In this document: one piece after another, positions 40,775 to 50,903 of the stretch | Position numbering within the stretch: position 1 is the first letter of the stretch | Layout: each line of letters starts with the position of its first letter | Assembly: GCA_035310985.1 (NCBI GenBank) | Contig: DATGDH010000037.1 | Span: 37,382 to 101,381 of the forward strand | Direction of reading: 5' to 3' | Source: Burkholderiales bacterium | GTDB taxonomy: Bacteria > Pseudomonadota > Gammaproteobacteria > Burkholderiales > SG8-39 | Length of the DNA: 64,000 nt | Notes under the pieces: model-generated | Database searches by the model: none | The model's input: only the letters and a program-made list of their open reading frames with translations | Told to the model about the DNA's origin: nothing | Translations under genes and position numbers: made by a program

Positions 40775-42241
40775 ATGGTCATTAGCAAGTTATTCGAAGG
40801 CCTCGGCCTGTCCGCAGCGCTTGTGCGCGCGGTCGCCGAGCAGGGCTATACCGAGCCCACCCCCATTCAATCCCAGGCAATCCCCGTCGTTCTCGCCGGC
40901 CGCGACCTGCTCGCCGCGGCGCAGACCGGCACCGGCAAGACTGCCGGCTTTACGCTGCCGATGCTGCAAAGGCTCGGCGTAACCGACGCGGCTCACCGCG
41001 CAGTGCGCGCCCTGATCCTCGTACCCACCCGCGAGCTCGCCGCCCAGGTGCGGGAAAGCGTGCGCACCTACGGCCGCCACCAGCCCCTGCGCGCCGCAGT
41101 GATCTTCGGCGGCGTCGGCATCAACCCGCAGATCGACGAGCTGCGCCGCGGAGTCGACATCGTGGTCGCCACGCCCGGGCGCCTGCTCGATCACCTGCAA
41201 CAGAAGACCGTCCAGCTCGATCGCGTCGAGATCCTGGTGCTGGACGAGGCGGACCGCATGCTCGACATGGGCTTCATCCCGGACGTGCGCCGCATCCTCG
41301 CCCAGCTGCCGAAAGAGCGGCAGAACCTGCTCTTCTCGGCCACCTTTCCGGAGGAGATCCGCAAGCTCGCCGCTTCCTTCATGCGCGATCCCGTCACCGT
41401 CGAAGTGGCCCGGCGCAACACCCCCGCCGAGCTGGTGGCGCAGGTGGCGCACCCGGTGGACGCGGTCCGCAAGCGCGCCCTGCTCGCCCACCTGGTGAAG
41501 TCGAACGACTGGCGCCAGGTGCTGGTGTTCACGCGCACCAAGCACGGCGCGAACCGCCTCGCCGAGCAGCTCGAGCGCGACGGCATCGAGGCCGACGCGA
41601 TCCATGGCAACAAGAGCCAGAACGCGCGCACGCGCACGCTCAAGCGCTTCAAGGACAACGAGCTGCGCGTACTGGTGGCGACCGATATCGCCGCGCGCGG
41701 CCTGGATATCGAGTCGCTGCCGCACGTTGTGAACTTCGACCTACCCCATGTCGCCGAAGATTACGTGCACCGCATCGGGCGCACCGGCCGCGCCGGCAGC
41801 TCGGGCGAGGCGGTATCCCTGGTGAGCCCCGAGGAGCGGCCGCTGCTCGCCGCGATCGAGAAGCTGATGAACCGCCAGGTGGAAAGCAAGACGATACCCG
41901 GGTTCGAGCCCGGCCAGGCACAACGCGAACCCCAAAAACCCCGACACGAGCCCCGACACGAGCCGCGACGCGAGCAACCCAGGCGCGCGCGCAGGCCGCA
42001 GCAGCCCGCGCCCCGCTCGCGCCCGCACCGGCACGGCGAGTTGCGCATCGACCGCGGCGCGGAGTTCGAGGCGCAGCTCCAGGAAGCGCGCATGCGCGCG
42101 CGCGAGGAAGCGCGCACCGAGCCCTACGAGGCGCCTCCCCCGCCTCCCGCACCGAAGGAGCCGCGCGAACCGCGCCAGCCGGTGGTGACGAGAAAAAAAC
42201 AACGCGCGGTCCTGCTCGGCACGCCGCGCGACGAAAACTGA
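40775..42241 (+). CDS. rhlE: DEAD-box ATP-dependent RNA helicase (RhlE-like) with basic C-terminal tail
   Basis: Motifs [36 protein letters not shown] and [10 protein letters not shown]. Arg/Pro/Glu-rich tail. Confidence 0.9.
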   Translation: MVISKLFEGLGLSAALVRAVAEQGYTEPTPIQSQAIPVVLAGRDLLAAAQTGTGKTAGFTLPMLQRLGVTDAAHRAVRALILVPTRELAAQVRESVRTYGRHQPLRAAVIFGGVGINPQIDELRRGVDIVVATPGRLLDHLQQKTVQLDRVEILVLDEADRMLDMGFIPDVRRILAQLPKERQNLLFSATFPEEIRKLAASFMRDPVTVEVARRNTPAELVAQVAHPVDAVRKRALLAHLVKSNDWRQVLVFTRTKHGANRLAEQLERDGIEADAIHGNKSQNARTRTLKRFKDNELRVLVATDIAARGLDIESLPHVVNFDLPHVAEDYVHRIGRTGRAGSSGEAVSLVSPEERPLLAAIEKLMNRQVESKTIPGFEPGQAQREPQKPRHEPRHEPRREQPRRARRPQQPAPRSRPHRHGELRIDRGAEFEAQLQEARMRAREEARTEPYEAPPPPPAPKEPREPRQPVVTRKKQRAVLLGTPRDEN

Positions 42242-42263
42242 TCCTCGGCACATTGCACGCACC

Positions 42264-44783
42264 ATGCGCGAACCCCAGCCGCAGACCATCCACCTCAAGG
42301 ACTACGCCCCGCCCCCGTTCCTGGTCGAGCGGGTCGCGCTCGACGTGGACATCCGCGCCGACGACGCGCTGGTGAGCGCCGAGCTGCGCGTGCGGCGCAA
42401 TCCGCTCGCCGCGGACCCCAAGGCGCCGCTCGTTCTCGACGGCGACGAGCTCGAGCTGCGCGCGGTGTCGGTCGACGGCGTGACGCTGCGCGACAACCAG
42501 TATCAGCTCGATCCCGAGCGCCTGGTGATCCCCGGGCTGCCGGATGCGTTCCGCCTGGGCACGGTGACGCGCATCGTGCCGCACAAGAACACCAGGCTCG
42601 AGGGCCTGTACGCGACCAGGAACGGCTTCGTCACGCAGTGCGAGGCTCAGGGCTTCCGGCGCATCACCTGGTTCGTCGACCGGCCGGACGTGATGGCGCG
42701 CTACCGCGTCACCGTCCACGCCGACAAGGCCGCCTACCCGGTGCTGCTCTCCAACGGCAACCTCGTTGAAGCCACCGACGAGCCAGGCGGGCGGCACCGC
42801 GCGACCTTCGACGACCCCTTTCCCAAGCCTTCGTACCTGTTCGCGCTGGTGGCGGCGAAGCTCGAAGTGCTCGAGGACCGCTACAAGGACAAGCAGCTCT
42901 TCGTCTACGTCGAGCCGGGCAAGCTCGACCAGGCCGGCTGGGCGATGGACTGCCTGAAGCGCGCCATGGCCTGGGACGAGCGGCGCTTCGGCCTCGCGCT
43001 CGACCTCGACCAGTACAAGATCGTTGCGGTTGGCGACTTCAACTCCGGCGCGATGGAGAACAAGGGCCTCAACATCTTCAACACCAAGTACGTGCTCGCG
43101 CGTCCAGACACCGCGACCGACAGCGACTACGTCAACATCGACCGCGTGGTGGCGCACGAGTACTTCCACAACTGGACCGGCGACCGCGTCACCTGCCGCG
43201 ACTGGTTCCAGCTCTCGCTGAAGGAAGGCCTGACCGTGTTCCGCGACCAGGAATACGGCGCCGACACCTACTCGCGCGCGGTGACGCGTATCGCCGAGGT
43301 GCGCATGCTGCGCGCGGCGCAGTTTCCGGAGGATGCGGGCCCGATGGCGCACCCGGTGCGCCCGCAGTCCTACATGGAGATCCGCAACTTCTACACCATG
43401 ACGGTGTACGAGAAAGGCGCGGAGGTCGTGCGCATGCAGCACACGCTGCTCGGCGAGGAGCGCTTCCAGAAGGGCATGCAGCTCTACTTCGAGCGCCACG
43501 ACGGGCAGGCGGTCACCTGCGACGACTTCGTGCAGGCCATGCAGGATGCGAGCAGCGTCGATCTCGCGCAGTTCAGGCGCTGGTACGACGTCGCCGGCAC
43601 ACCGGTGCTCGACTGCCACGGCCACTACGAGAACGGCAGCTTCACGCTGAACGTCAAGCAGTCGATGAGCCCGCCGTTCCACATCCCGCTTGCCGTGAAG
43701 ATCGGGCAACACGAACAGGTTTTGTCGATTCGTTCTCCTGAGGAGAACTTCGAATTCAAAAATCTCAGTTCGAAGCCCGTTCCTTCCCTCCTGCGCCGCT
43801 TCTCGGCGCCGGTGATCCTCAACTACCCGTACACCGAGGACGAGCTGCTGCGGCTCATGGCGCAGGACGACGACGCGTTCAACCGCTGGGAAGCCGGCCA
43901 GCGCCTCGCCGCGCAGATCATCCTGGAGCGCTCGGGCGAGCCCTCGCCCGCCTTCATTGCGGCCTGCGCGCGCGTGCTCGAGCGCAGCGCCGAGGACCCG
44001 GCCTTCGCCGCCGAGGCGCTCGCGCTGCCCGCGGAGAGCTTCCTCGCCGAGCAGATGACGGTGGTCGACCCGGACGCGCTGCACGCGGCGAGGAACCGCC
44101 TGCGCCTGCGCATCGCCGAGGCGCTCAAGGCGCCGCTGCTCGCGGCCTACCGGGCGAACGCCGTGCCCGGCCTGTACGCGCCTACGCCCGAGGCGATCGG
44201 CAGGCGCGCGCTGAGGAACATCTGCCTCGGCACGCTGATGGAGCCCGGCAGCGGCGACATCCGCGCGCTGTGCTACGAGCAGTACGCGCAGTCGGACAAC
44301 ATGACCGAATCGTTCGCCGCTCTCGGCTTCCTCGCCAACAGCGAGGGGCTTGAGCGCGACAAGGCGCTCGCCAGCTTCTACGAGCGCTGGCAGGGCGAGC
44401 CGCTGGTGGTCGACAAATGGCTCGCGGTGCAGGCCACGTCGCGCCTGCCGGACACGCTCGCGCGCGTGCGCGCGCTGCTCGTGCATCCCGCGTTCGACCT
44501 CAAGGTGCCGAACAAGGTGTACGCGCTGATCCGCGCCTTCGCCGCCAACCACCTGCGCTTCCACGCGGCGGACGGCTCGGGCTACGCCTTTCTCGCCGAC
44601 CAGGTGCTCGCGCTCGACGGCCTCAATCCGCAGGTCGCGGCGCGCATGGCGCGCGGCTTCGACCGCTGGCGCCGCTTCGATCCCGCGCGCCAGGCACACG
44701 CAGTGGCGCAGCTCGAGCGCGTGCGCGACGCCAAGGGGCTGTCGCGCGACGTCGCCGAGATCGTCACGAAGGCGCTGGCGTGA
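42264..44783 (+). CDS. pepN: aminopeptidase N (M1 family)
   Basis: 839 aa. Motifs GAMENKGLNIF and HEYFHNWTGDRVTCRDWFQLSLKEG (HExxH-18-E). Confidence 0.9.
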   Translation: MREPQPQTIHLKDYAPPPFLVERVALDVDIRADDALVSAELRVRRNPLAADPKAPLVLDGDELELRAVSVDGVTLRDNQYQLDPERLVIPGLPDAFRLGTVTRIVPHKNTRLEGLYATRNGFVTQCEAQGFRRITWFVDRPDVMARYRVTVHADKAAYPVLLSNGNLVEATDEPGGRHRATFDDPFPKPSYLFALVAAKLEVLEDRYKDKQLFVYVEPGKLDQAGWAMDCLKRAMAWDERRFGLALDLDQYKIVAVGDFNSGAMENKGLNIFNTKYVLARPDTATDSDYVNIDRVVAHEYFHNWTGDRVTCRDWFQLSLKEGLTVFRDQEYGADTYSRAVTRIAEVRMLRAAQFPEDAGPMAHPVRPQSYMEIRNFYTMTVYEKGAEVVRMQHTLLGEERFQKGMQLYFERHDGQAVTCDDFVQAMQDASSVDLAQFRRWYDVAGTPVLDCHGHYENGSFTLNVKQSMSPPFHIPLAVKIGQHEQVLSIRSPEENFEFKNLSSKPVPSLLRRFSAPVILNYPYTEDELLRLMAQDDDAFNRWEAGQRLAAQIILERSGEPSPAFIAACARVLERSAEDPAFAAEALALPAESFLAEQMTVVDPDALHAARNRLRLRIAEALKAPLLAAYRANAVPGLYAPTPEAIGRRALRNICLGTLMEPGSGDIRALCYEQYAQSDNMTESFAALGFLANSEGLERDKALASFYERWQGEPLVVDKWLAVQATSRLPDTLARVRALLVHPAFDLKVPNKVYALIRAFAANHLRFHAADGSGYAFLADQVLALDGLNPQVAARMARGFDRWRRFDPARQAHAVAQLERVRDAKGLSRDVAEIVTKALA

Positions 44784-46000
44784 ACACGCTGACGGTCGCG
44801 ATCTTCGCGACCGTCTACCTCGGCATGATCCTCGGCGGGCTGCCGTTCCTGCAGCTCGACCGCACCGGCGTGGCGCTGCTCGGCGCGATCGCGATCGTCG
44901 GCTTCGAGATCCTCAGCCCCGAGCAGGCGGCGCGCGCGATCCATTTGCCGACCCTTCTGCTGCTCTTTTCCTTCATGGTGATCTCGGCGCAGCTGCGCCT
45001 CGGCGGCTTCTACGCCTGGGTGACCGAGCGCGTCGCGGCGCTGCCGCTCGCGCCGGCCGCGCTGCTCGGCGCAGTGATCCTGCTCAGCGCGGCGCTCTCC
45101 GCGGTGTTCAGCAACGACGTGGTGTGCCTGGCGGCCGCGCCCGTGCTGGCGCACGCCTGCCTGCGGCGGCGTCTCGACCCGGTGCCGTTCCTGCTCGCGC
45201 TCGCCTGCGCGGCGAACGTCGGCTCGGCGGCCACGCTCATCGGCAACCCGCAGAACATGCTGATCGGCCAGAAGCTCGACCTGCCCTTCCTCGGCTATTT
45301 CGCGCAGGCGATCGTGCCCGTAACGCTCGGCCTCGCCGCCACCTGGGCACTCATCGCGCGCCAGACGCGCGGCCGCTGGCACACCGAGCCTTCCGCCGCG
45401 GCGCCCGATCTCGCCCCCGGCGCGGCGCGCCTCGATCCCTGGCAGACCGCGAAGGGGCTCACGGTCGCGCTCGCGCTGCTCGGCGTATTCCTTTTCAGCG
45501 GCTGGCCGCGCGACGTGGCCGCCCTCGCCGGCGCGGGTGTGCTGCTCACCAGCCGCAGGCTGCACTCGGCCCGCATGCTCGGCCTGGTCGACTGGGAGCT
45601 GCTGGTGCTGTTCATCGGGCTGTTCGTCGTGAACGGCGCGCTCGAGCACAGCGGCCTCACCGGGCAGGCGATCGCGCGCCTCGGCGCGGCGGGCGTGCCG
45701 CTCGCCGAGCCCGTGCCGCTGTTCGGCGCGAGCCTGGTTCTCTCCAACCTGGTGTCGAACGTGCCGGCGACGATGCTGCTGCTGCCGGCGGCGACGCAGC
45801 CCTGGTCCGGGCCGCTGCTCGCGCTGGTGACCACCTTCGCCGGCAACCTGCTGATCGTCGGCTCGATCGCCAACATCATCGTCGTCGACGCGGCGCGCCG
45901 CGCCGGCATCGACATCGGCTGGCGGCGCCACGCGCGCGTCGGCGTGCCGGTCACCGCGGCAACGCTCGCGATCACCGCGCTCTGGCTCTACCTGGCGTAG
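44780..46000 (+). CDS. ArsB/NhaD-superfamily anion permease (YbiR-like)
   Basis: GTG 44780 overlaps the pepN stop (GTGA), in frame with the tail of track ORF 44417..46000. About 406 aa, polytopic. Motif AAPVLAHA...LALACAANVGSAATLIGNPQNMLI. Confidence 0.6.
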   Translation: MNTLTVAIFATVYLGMILGGLPFLQLDRTGVALLGAIAIVGFEILSPEQAARAIHLPTLLLLFSFMVISAQLRLGGFYAWVTERVAALPLAPAALLGAVILLSAALSAVFSNDVVCLAAAPVLAHACLRRRLDPVPFLLALACAANVGSAATLIGNPQNMLIGQKLDLPFLGYFAQAIVPVTLGLAATWALIARQTRGRWHTEPSAAAPDLAPGAARLDPWQTAKGLTVALALLGVFLFSGWPRDVAALAGAGVLLTSRRLHSARMLGLVDWELLVLFIGLFVVNGALEHSGLTGQAIARLGAAGVPLAEPVPLFGASLVLSNLVSNVPATMLLLPAATQPWSGPLLALVTTFAGNLLIVGSIANIIVVDAARRAGIDIGWRRHARVGVPVTAATLAITALWLYLA

Positions 46001-47312
46001 CCGACTCCGCCCGCACCACCGCTCGGCGCACGTAGCGCACGCCGAGCGCGGCGAGCGCCGCCACCGGCAGGATGGCGATGCCCTTCGCGAGCGCCGGATC
46101 GACCCGCAGGCCGAGCGTCGCGAGCGCCTCGGCGGCGTGGCCGACCAGGCCGACCGCGTAGTAGGTGATCGCCACCACCGAAAGGCCCTCGACCGTCTCC
46201 TGGAGCCTCAACTGCAGGCGCGCGCGCCGGTTCATCGAGGCGAGCAGCTCCTGGTTCTGGCGCTCGCGCGCGACGCCGACGCGCGTCGAGAGCAGGTTGC
46301 TCGCCTGCGCGACGCGCTCGGAGAGCTCGAGCAGGCGGCGCGCGGTCGAATCGCAGGTCGCCATCGCCGGGTCGAGGCGGCGCTGCATGAACTCGCGGAT
46401 CGTCTGCGTGCCCGGCAGGCGGCGCTCGCGCAGCTCGGCGATGCGCGCGTTCACCAGCTCGTGGTAGGCGCGCGTCGCGCCGAAGCGGTAGCGCGACTCG
46501 CCGAGCGCGCTCTCCGTTTCCGCGGCGAGGCGCGTGAGCGGGTCGAGCAGCGCCTCGTCGCCCGCCGCGCCCTGCGCGAGCGCCGCGGCGACCTGCGCGA
46601 GCTCGCGCTCCATGGCCGCCAGGCGCGGCGCGAGCGCGCGCGCCACCGGCAGCGCGAGGAGCGCCATCATGCGGTAGGTCTCGATCTCGAACAGCCGCTG
46701 CAGCGTGCGCCCTGCCTGGTAGCGCGACAGCTCGCGGTCGAACACCAGGATGCGCCCGCAGCCGTCGGCGTGGATGCGGAAGTCGGTGAACGCGGCCGCC
46801 GCGCCGTCACCGACGCCAGCGCCGACGACGTAGTTGCCGCCGAAGGCCGCGGCGATTTCCGAGCCCCCCGGCACCGGCCGCGCGCGCTCGTGCAGCTCGG
46901 CGTGCAGCGCCACCAGGCTGCGCCCGGGAATCGCCGCCAGCCACTCGTGCGGCACTTGCGCAGCGGGCGACTCGGCGAAGTAGGCCGGCCCGGCGCCGCG
47001 GCCGTAGAACGTGTAGCTCGAGAACTCGGTGTGGCGTTCCCAGCGCAGGCGGAACGCGCCCAGCTCAACCGCGAAATGGATCGCATCGGCCGGCGGCGGA
47101 TGCGCGCCCTGCCGCTCGCACAGGGCGGCGACGTGCGCGTGCTCGCGCGCGCGCTCGGCGGGCTCGACCAGGACGGCGAGATAGAACGCCCGCTCGGGCG
47201 CCTTGAGCGGCTCGTGCGGGCGCGCGTGCACCTCGTTGGCGAGCTGGAAGCGCTGCGGGTGGTCGTCGGGAAGGCGCATCGGCGGCGCTTGCTTGTCGGC
47301 AGGCGAAAGCAT
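45972..47312 (-). CDS. DUF3422-like membrane-anchored protein
   Basis: Motifs HPQRFQLANEVHARP and RWERHTEFSSYTF, with two C-terminal TM helices. Start is ATG 47312 or 47279 (uncertain). The 3' end overlaps the permease gene by 29 nt (convergent). Confidence 0.55.
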   Translation of the reverse strand: MLSPADKQAPPMRLPDDHPQRFQLANEVHARPHEPLKAPERAFYLAVLVEPAERAREHAHVAALCERQGAHPPPADAIHFAVELGAFRLRWERHTEFSSYTFYGRGAGPAYFAESPAAQVPHEWLAAIPGRSLVALHAELHERARPVPGGSEIAAAFGGNYVVGAGVGDGAAAAFTDFRIHADGCGRILVFDRELSRYQAGRTLQRLFEIETYRMMALLALPVARALAPRLAAMERELAQVAAALAQGAAGDEALLDPLTRLAAETESALGESRYRFGATRAYHELVNARIAELRERRLPGTQTIREFMQRRLDPAMATCDSTARRLLELSERVAQASNLLSTRVGVARERQNQELLASMNRRARLQLRLQETVEGLSVVAITYYAVGLVGHAAEALATLGLRVDPALAKGIAILPVAALAALGVRYVRRAVVRAESATPGRARAR

Positions 47313-47345
47313 CGCATATGCTGGCCACTTTTGGGGGGCAGGTTC

Positions 47346-48020
47346 ATGGATCCGATGCTCAATCTGGTGCTCGCCTGCGCGGCGTTCCTGCTCCTGCACG
47401 TGCTGCCGAGCACGCCGCTGCGCGCAGGGCTCGTGCGCTCGCTCGGCGAGGGGCCTTACATCGGCGCGTTCTCGGCCGCGAGCGTGGCGCTGATCGTGTG
47501 GACGGCGCTCGCCTACAAGGGCGCGCCCGTGACGCCGCTATGGCCGGGGCTGCGCTTCCTGCCCTCGGCGGTGATGCCGTTCTCGTTCCTGCTCGTCGTG
47601 AGCGGCGTGCTGACGCCCAACCCGACGGCGGTCGCGGCCGGCAAGCTGCTCGCCCGGCCCGACCCGGCGCGCGGCATCATCCGCGTCACGCGCCACCCGG
47701 TGATGTGGGGCATCATGCTGTGGGCCGGCGCGCACCTCCTCGCGCGCGGCGAGCTCAAGTCGACGATCTTCTTCGGAACGTTTTTCTTGCTCGCCGCGGC
47801 CGGCACGCGGTTGCAGGACGCGCGCAAGGCGAAGACGCACGGCGAGGACTGGAAGCGCTTCGCCGCGCTCACCTCGAACCTGCCCTTCGCCGCGATCGCC
47901 GAAGGCCGCAACCGCTTTGCGCCCGGCGAGATCGGCCTGGTGCAGCTCGTTTTCGCGCTGCTCGTGTACGGCGGGATGCTCGCCGTGCACTCCTGGCTGT
48001 TCGGCGTGCGGCCCTACTAG
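47346..48020 (+). CDS. NnrU family membrane protein
   Basis: ATG 47346, in frame with the tail of track ORF 46137..48020. 224 aa. Motif TRHPVMWGIMLWAGAHLL. Confidence 0.65.
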   Translation: MDPMLNLVLACAAFLLLHVLPSTPLRAGLVRSLGEGPYIGAFSAASVALIVWTALAYKGAPVTPLWPGLRFLPSAVMPFSFLLVVSGVLTPNPTAVAAGKLLARPDPARGIIRVTRHPVMWGIMLWAGAHLLARGELKSTIFFGTFFLLAAAGTRLQDARKAKTHGEDWKRFAALTSNLPFAAIAEGRNRFAPGEIGLVQLVFALLVYGGMLAVHSWLFGVRPY

Positions 48021-49126
48021 GCAGCCTGCCTGACCTCCAGCCCGAGCGCGAGGCGCGCCGCCAGGTCCTTCTGCGGCACCTGCGCGAGCGGGTGGTAGCG
48101 CGCGCCCTGCGCGTCGCGGAACAGGCGCTCCAGCCGCTGCGCCCGGTAGAAGCCCGCACCGCCCGCGGTCTCGAGCGCGGCGGAGACCGTCTGCAGCACG
48201 CCCTCGGCGACGAGCGCGCGCGCCGCCAGCATCCGGTTACTGGTCTGCATGCCCGGCGCGGCGCTCTGCGCGCTGCGCAGCATGTCGGCGTGCGCGATGC
48301 GCGCCTTGGCATGCGCGTTCTCCAGCTCGCCCACCTGCTGGAGAAGTGCATCGACCTGCGGACGCTTGCGCGCCAGCGCGAGCGCGAGGTCGCGCGCGCT
48401 TCCCGCGACGCCGACGTACACCGAGTAGATGAGCGGCAGCGCGATCAGCGTGATGAGGTGAAACAGCGGATGCCACGCGCCCTGCGGCCGGCGCAGGCTG
48501 ACCGCCTGCTCGGGCAGGAACACGTCATCCAGCACGAGGTCGTGCGAGCCGGTGGCGCGCATGCCGAGCGTGCGCCAGGTTCTCTCGATGCGGATTCCCG
48601 CGCTCTTCACCGGCAGCGCGAAGTGCAGCACCGTGTCGCCCTCGACCGCGGAGGTCATTAGCAGGTCGCCGCTCAGCACGCCGCTCACGAAGCTCTTCCT
48701 GCCGCGCAGCCGGTAGCCGCCCTCGACCTTGCGCGCCTCGCCGTTGCCGTGCAGCCAGTCGCCGGCGCCGGTGCTGAGGAGGTGCAGCCGCTCGCGCGCC
48801 ACGCGCTCGAGCAGCGGGCCGACCGGCGCCTTGGCGTGCCGCCAGCGCCAGGCGTTCACCGCCACCTGGTGCGTGTGCATGGAGAACGCGAGCGCGGTGC
48901 TCGGGCAGGCGCGCGCGACCTCTTCGAGCAGCGCGCACAGGTCGCCGACTTCCAGACCCAGGCCGCCCAGCTCGGCGGGCACGCCGGCGGCGAGCAGGCC
49001 GCTCGCCTTGAGCTCGGCCATGTTCTCCGCGACATAGGCATCGTTGTCGTCGGCCGCGTCGGCGCGCGCGGCAAAGCCCGCAGCGAGCGACGCGACGATT
49101 TCCTGCCATCCAACATCCTGTTTCAT
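48017..49126 (-). CDS. acyl-CoA dehydrogenase family protein
   Basis: 369 aa. LLAAGVPAELGGLG..., a middle beta-domain and a C-terminal helical domain GGAGFYRAQRLERLFRDAQG. Confidence 0.7.
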   Translation of the reverse strand: MKQDVGWQEIVASLAAGFAARADAADDNDAYVAENMAELKASGLLAAGVPAELGGLGLEVGDLCALLEEVARACPSTALAFSMHTHQVAVNAWRWRHAKAPVGPLLERVARERLHLLSTGAGDWLHGNGEARKVEGGYRLRGRKSFVSGVLSGDLLMTSAVEGDTVLHFALPVKSAGIRIERTWRTLGMRATGSHDLVLDDVFLPEQAVSLRRPQGAWHPLFHLITLIALPLIYSVYVGVAGSARDLALALARKRPQVDALLQQVGELENAHAKARIAHADMLRSAQSAAPGMQTSNRMLAARALVAEGVLQTVSAALETAGGAGFYRAQRLERLFRDAQGARYHPLAQVPQKDLAARLALGLEVRQAA

Positions 49127-49217
49127 GTGCGTCCTCCGGCTTGATGACAGGTGCTAGTATCCGAGTACGGCTCCCGCCGGAATTGACCGAGCCGCCGCGC
49201 TTTTTGCGCGAAACGCC

Positions 49218-50177
49218 ATGGATCCCCTGTCCGACGTGCTCAAGACCGTCCGCCTGGACGGCGCGGTCTACCTGAACGCCGACTTCACCGCGCCGTGGTG
49301 CGCGCGCACGCGCTTCGGCATCATGGCGGCCGCCGGCCTGCCGGGCGCCGAAGGCCCCGCGGTGTTCTTCCACTTCCTGCTCGAGGGCCGCTGCCGGGTG
49401 CGCCTCGAGGGCGAGCGCGAATCGCTCGAGGCGGGACCGGGCGACATGATCCTGCTGCCGCACGACGACACGCACGTGCTCGGCAGCGACCTTCAGCTCG
49501 CGCCGTTGGACGCCGCCGGGATGGTTTCCCTTCCCGCCGCGGGCGAGATGATCCAGTTGCGCCACGGCGGCGGGGGCGAGCCGACGCGCTTCGTATGCGG
49601 CTACCTGCTGTGCGACCGGCGCATGACCAGGCCGCTGTTCGACTCGCTGCCGCGCCTGCTGCGCATCCCGCTGGGCGACGCCCCGGGCGCGGGCTGGGTC
49701 GCCGACCTGCTGCGCGTCGGCGTGCGCGAGACCGCGGCCGCCAACCCGGGTAGCGCCTCGATGCTCGCCAAGCTCTCCGAGCTACTGTTCGTCGAGGCGA
49801 TGCGCCGCTACGCGGCGTCGCTGCCCGCCGGGCAGAAAGGATGGCTCGCCGCGATGCGCGACCCGCAGCTCGGACGCGCGCTCGCGCTGATGCACGCCGA
49901 GCCGGGGCGCACTTGGACGGTCGAGGATCTTGCGCGCGAGGTGGCGCTGTCGCGCTCGGCGCTCGGCGAGCGCTTCGCCGAGCTGGTCGGCGAGCCGCCG
50001 ATGCAGTACCTGACGCGCTGGCGCCTCGCGCTCGCGGCGCAATCGCTGCGCGCGGGCGCCGAGCCGATCGGGCGCATCGCCGAGCGCATCGGCTACGACT
50101 CGGAGGCCGCGTTCAACCGCGCCTTCAAGCGCGAGTTCGGCGCGCCGCCGGCCAAGTGGCGCCGCAGCGCGGCCTGA
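49218..50177 (+). CDS. AraC-family transcriptional regulator with N-terminal cupin domain
   Basis: 319 aa. N-terminus MDPLSDVLKTVRLDGAVYLNADFTAPW. C-terminal HTH WTVEDLAREVALSRSALGERF...IGYDSEAAFNRAFKREFG. Divergent from the acyl-CoA dehydrogenase gene. Confidence 0.85.
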   Translation: MDPLSDVLKTVRLDGAVYLNADFTAPWCARTRFGIMAAAGLPGAEGPAVFFHFLLEGRCRVRLEGERESLEAGPGDMILLPHDDTHVLGSDLQLAPLDAAGMVSLPAAGEMIQLRHGGGGEPTRFVCGYLLCDRRMTRPLFDSLPRLLRIPLGDAPGAGWVADLLRVGVRETAAANPGSASMLAKLSELLFVEAMRRYAASLPAGQKGWLAAMRDPQLGRALALMHAEPGRTWTVEDLAREVALSRSALGERFAELVGEPPMQYLTRWRLALAAQSLRAGAEPIGRIAERIGYDSEAAFNRAFKREFGAPPAKWRRSAA

Positions 50178-50180
50178 GCG

Positions 50181-50594
50181 TCAGCGCTCCCCCCCGGAAA
50201 GCTTGCGCTGCACGCGCTGATCGAACTTCGCGACGTTCACCACCACGCGCTCGTGGCGGCCGTCGCCGATCAACTCGCGCTCGTCGCGCGCCTCGAGGCG
50301 AAAGCTTATCGTGCGGCCCTCGACCTTCGTCACCTCGGCGGTGGCGAAGACCTTCATCCCCACCGGGGTCGCGGCGACGTGGCGCACCTCGAGCAGCGTC
50401 CCCAGGCTCTGGTAGCCCGCGGTCAGAAAACGCTCGCAGGCCGCGAGCGCCGCCGCCTCGAACAGGTTGATCATCACTGGCGTCGCGAGCACGTGCACCT
50501 TGCCGCTGCCGACGCGCGGCGCGGTGTGCTCCTCGCTCACGGTGAGCTCGGTACGGCCGATCAGGCCAGGTCTCAGTTCGCTGGGCAAATCCAT
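50181..50594 (-). CDS. hotdog-fold thioesterase (FlK-like)
   Basis: Start MDLPSELRPG at ATG 50594. Motifs HTAPRVGSGKVHVLATPVMINLFE and GTLLEVRHVAATPVG. Confidence 0.6.
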   Translation of the reverse strand: MDLPSELRPGLIGRTELTVSEEHTAPRVGSGKVHVLATPVMINLFEAAALAACERFLTAGYQSLGTLLEVRHVAATPVGMKVFATAEVTKVEGRTISFRLEARDERELIGDGRHERVVVNVAKFDQRVQRKLSGGER

Positions 50595-50605
50595 CGTCTT
50601 CTCCG

Positions 50606-50884
50606 TCACGCGCGCCGCTTGCGCAGTCGCAGCCACCAGAGCAGGAGTCCTGCCCCGACCAAAGCCAGCGCGAGCAGCTCTTCCAGCCGTTGCAGATCGC
50701 CCAGCCACAGCTCAAGTCCCTTGCCGAAGGCGTAGCCCGCGCCCGCCACCGCCGCCGACCAGACGAGCGCGGCGGCGCAGTCGATCGCCAGGAAGCGCAG
50801 CCATGGCACTGCGCTCGCGCCGATCACGACGGCCGGGTAACCCCCAGGCCCGCAGCAGCTCCGAAGGATCCATGGCGCGCGCAT
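50606..50884 (-). pseudogene. C-terminal remnant of a DedA/SNARE-associated family membrane protein
   Basis: Only the last ~80 aa of the family pattern are present (AVVIGASAVPWLRFLAIDCAAALVWSAAVAGAGYAFG...). The space where the N-terminal ~110 aa should be is occupied by the ndh start region. Confidence 0.35.
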
Positions 50885-50903
50885 TCTGACGCAAAATACG
50901 CTC

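Noticed and set aside
41649-44699. 1016-aa minus-strand ORF
   Set aside because: It is antisense to pepN and the end of the helicase gene. The sequence is low-complexity Arg/Ala-rich and has no start context. The plus strand carries the GAMEN and HExxH-E motifs.
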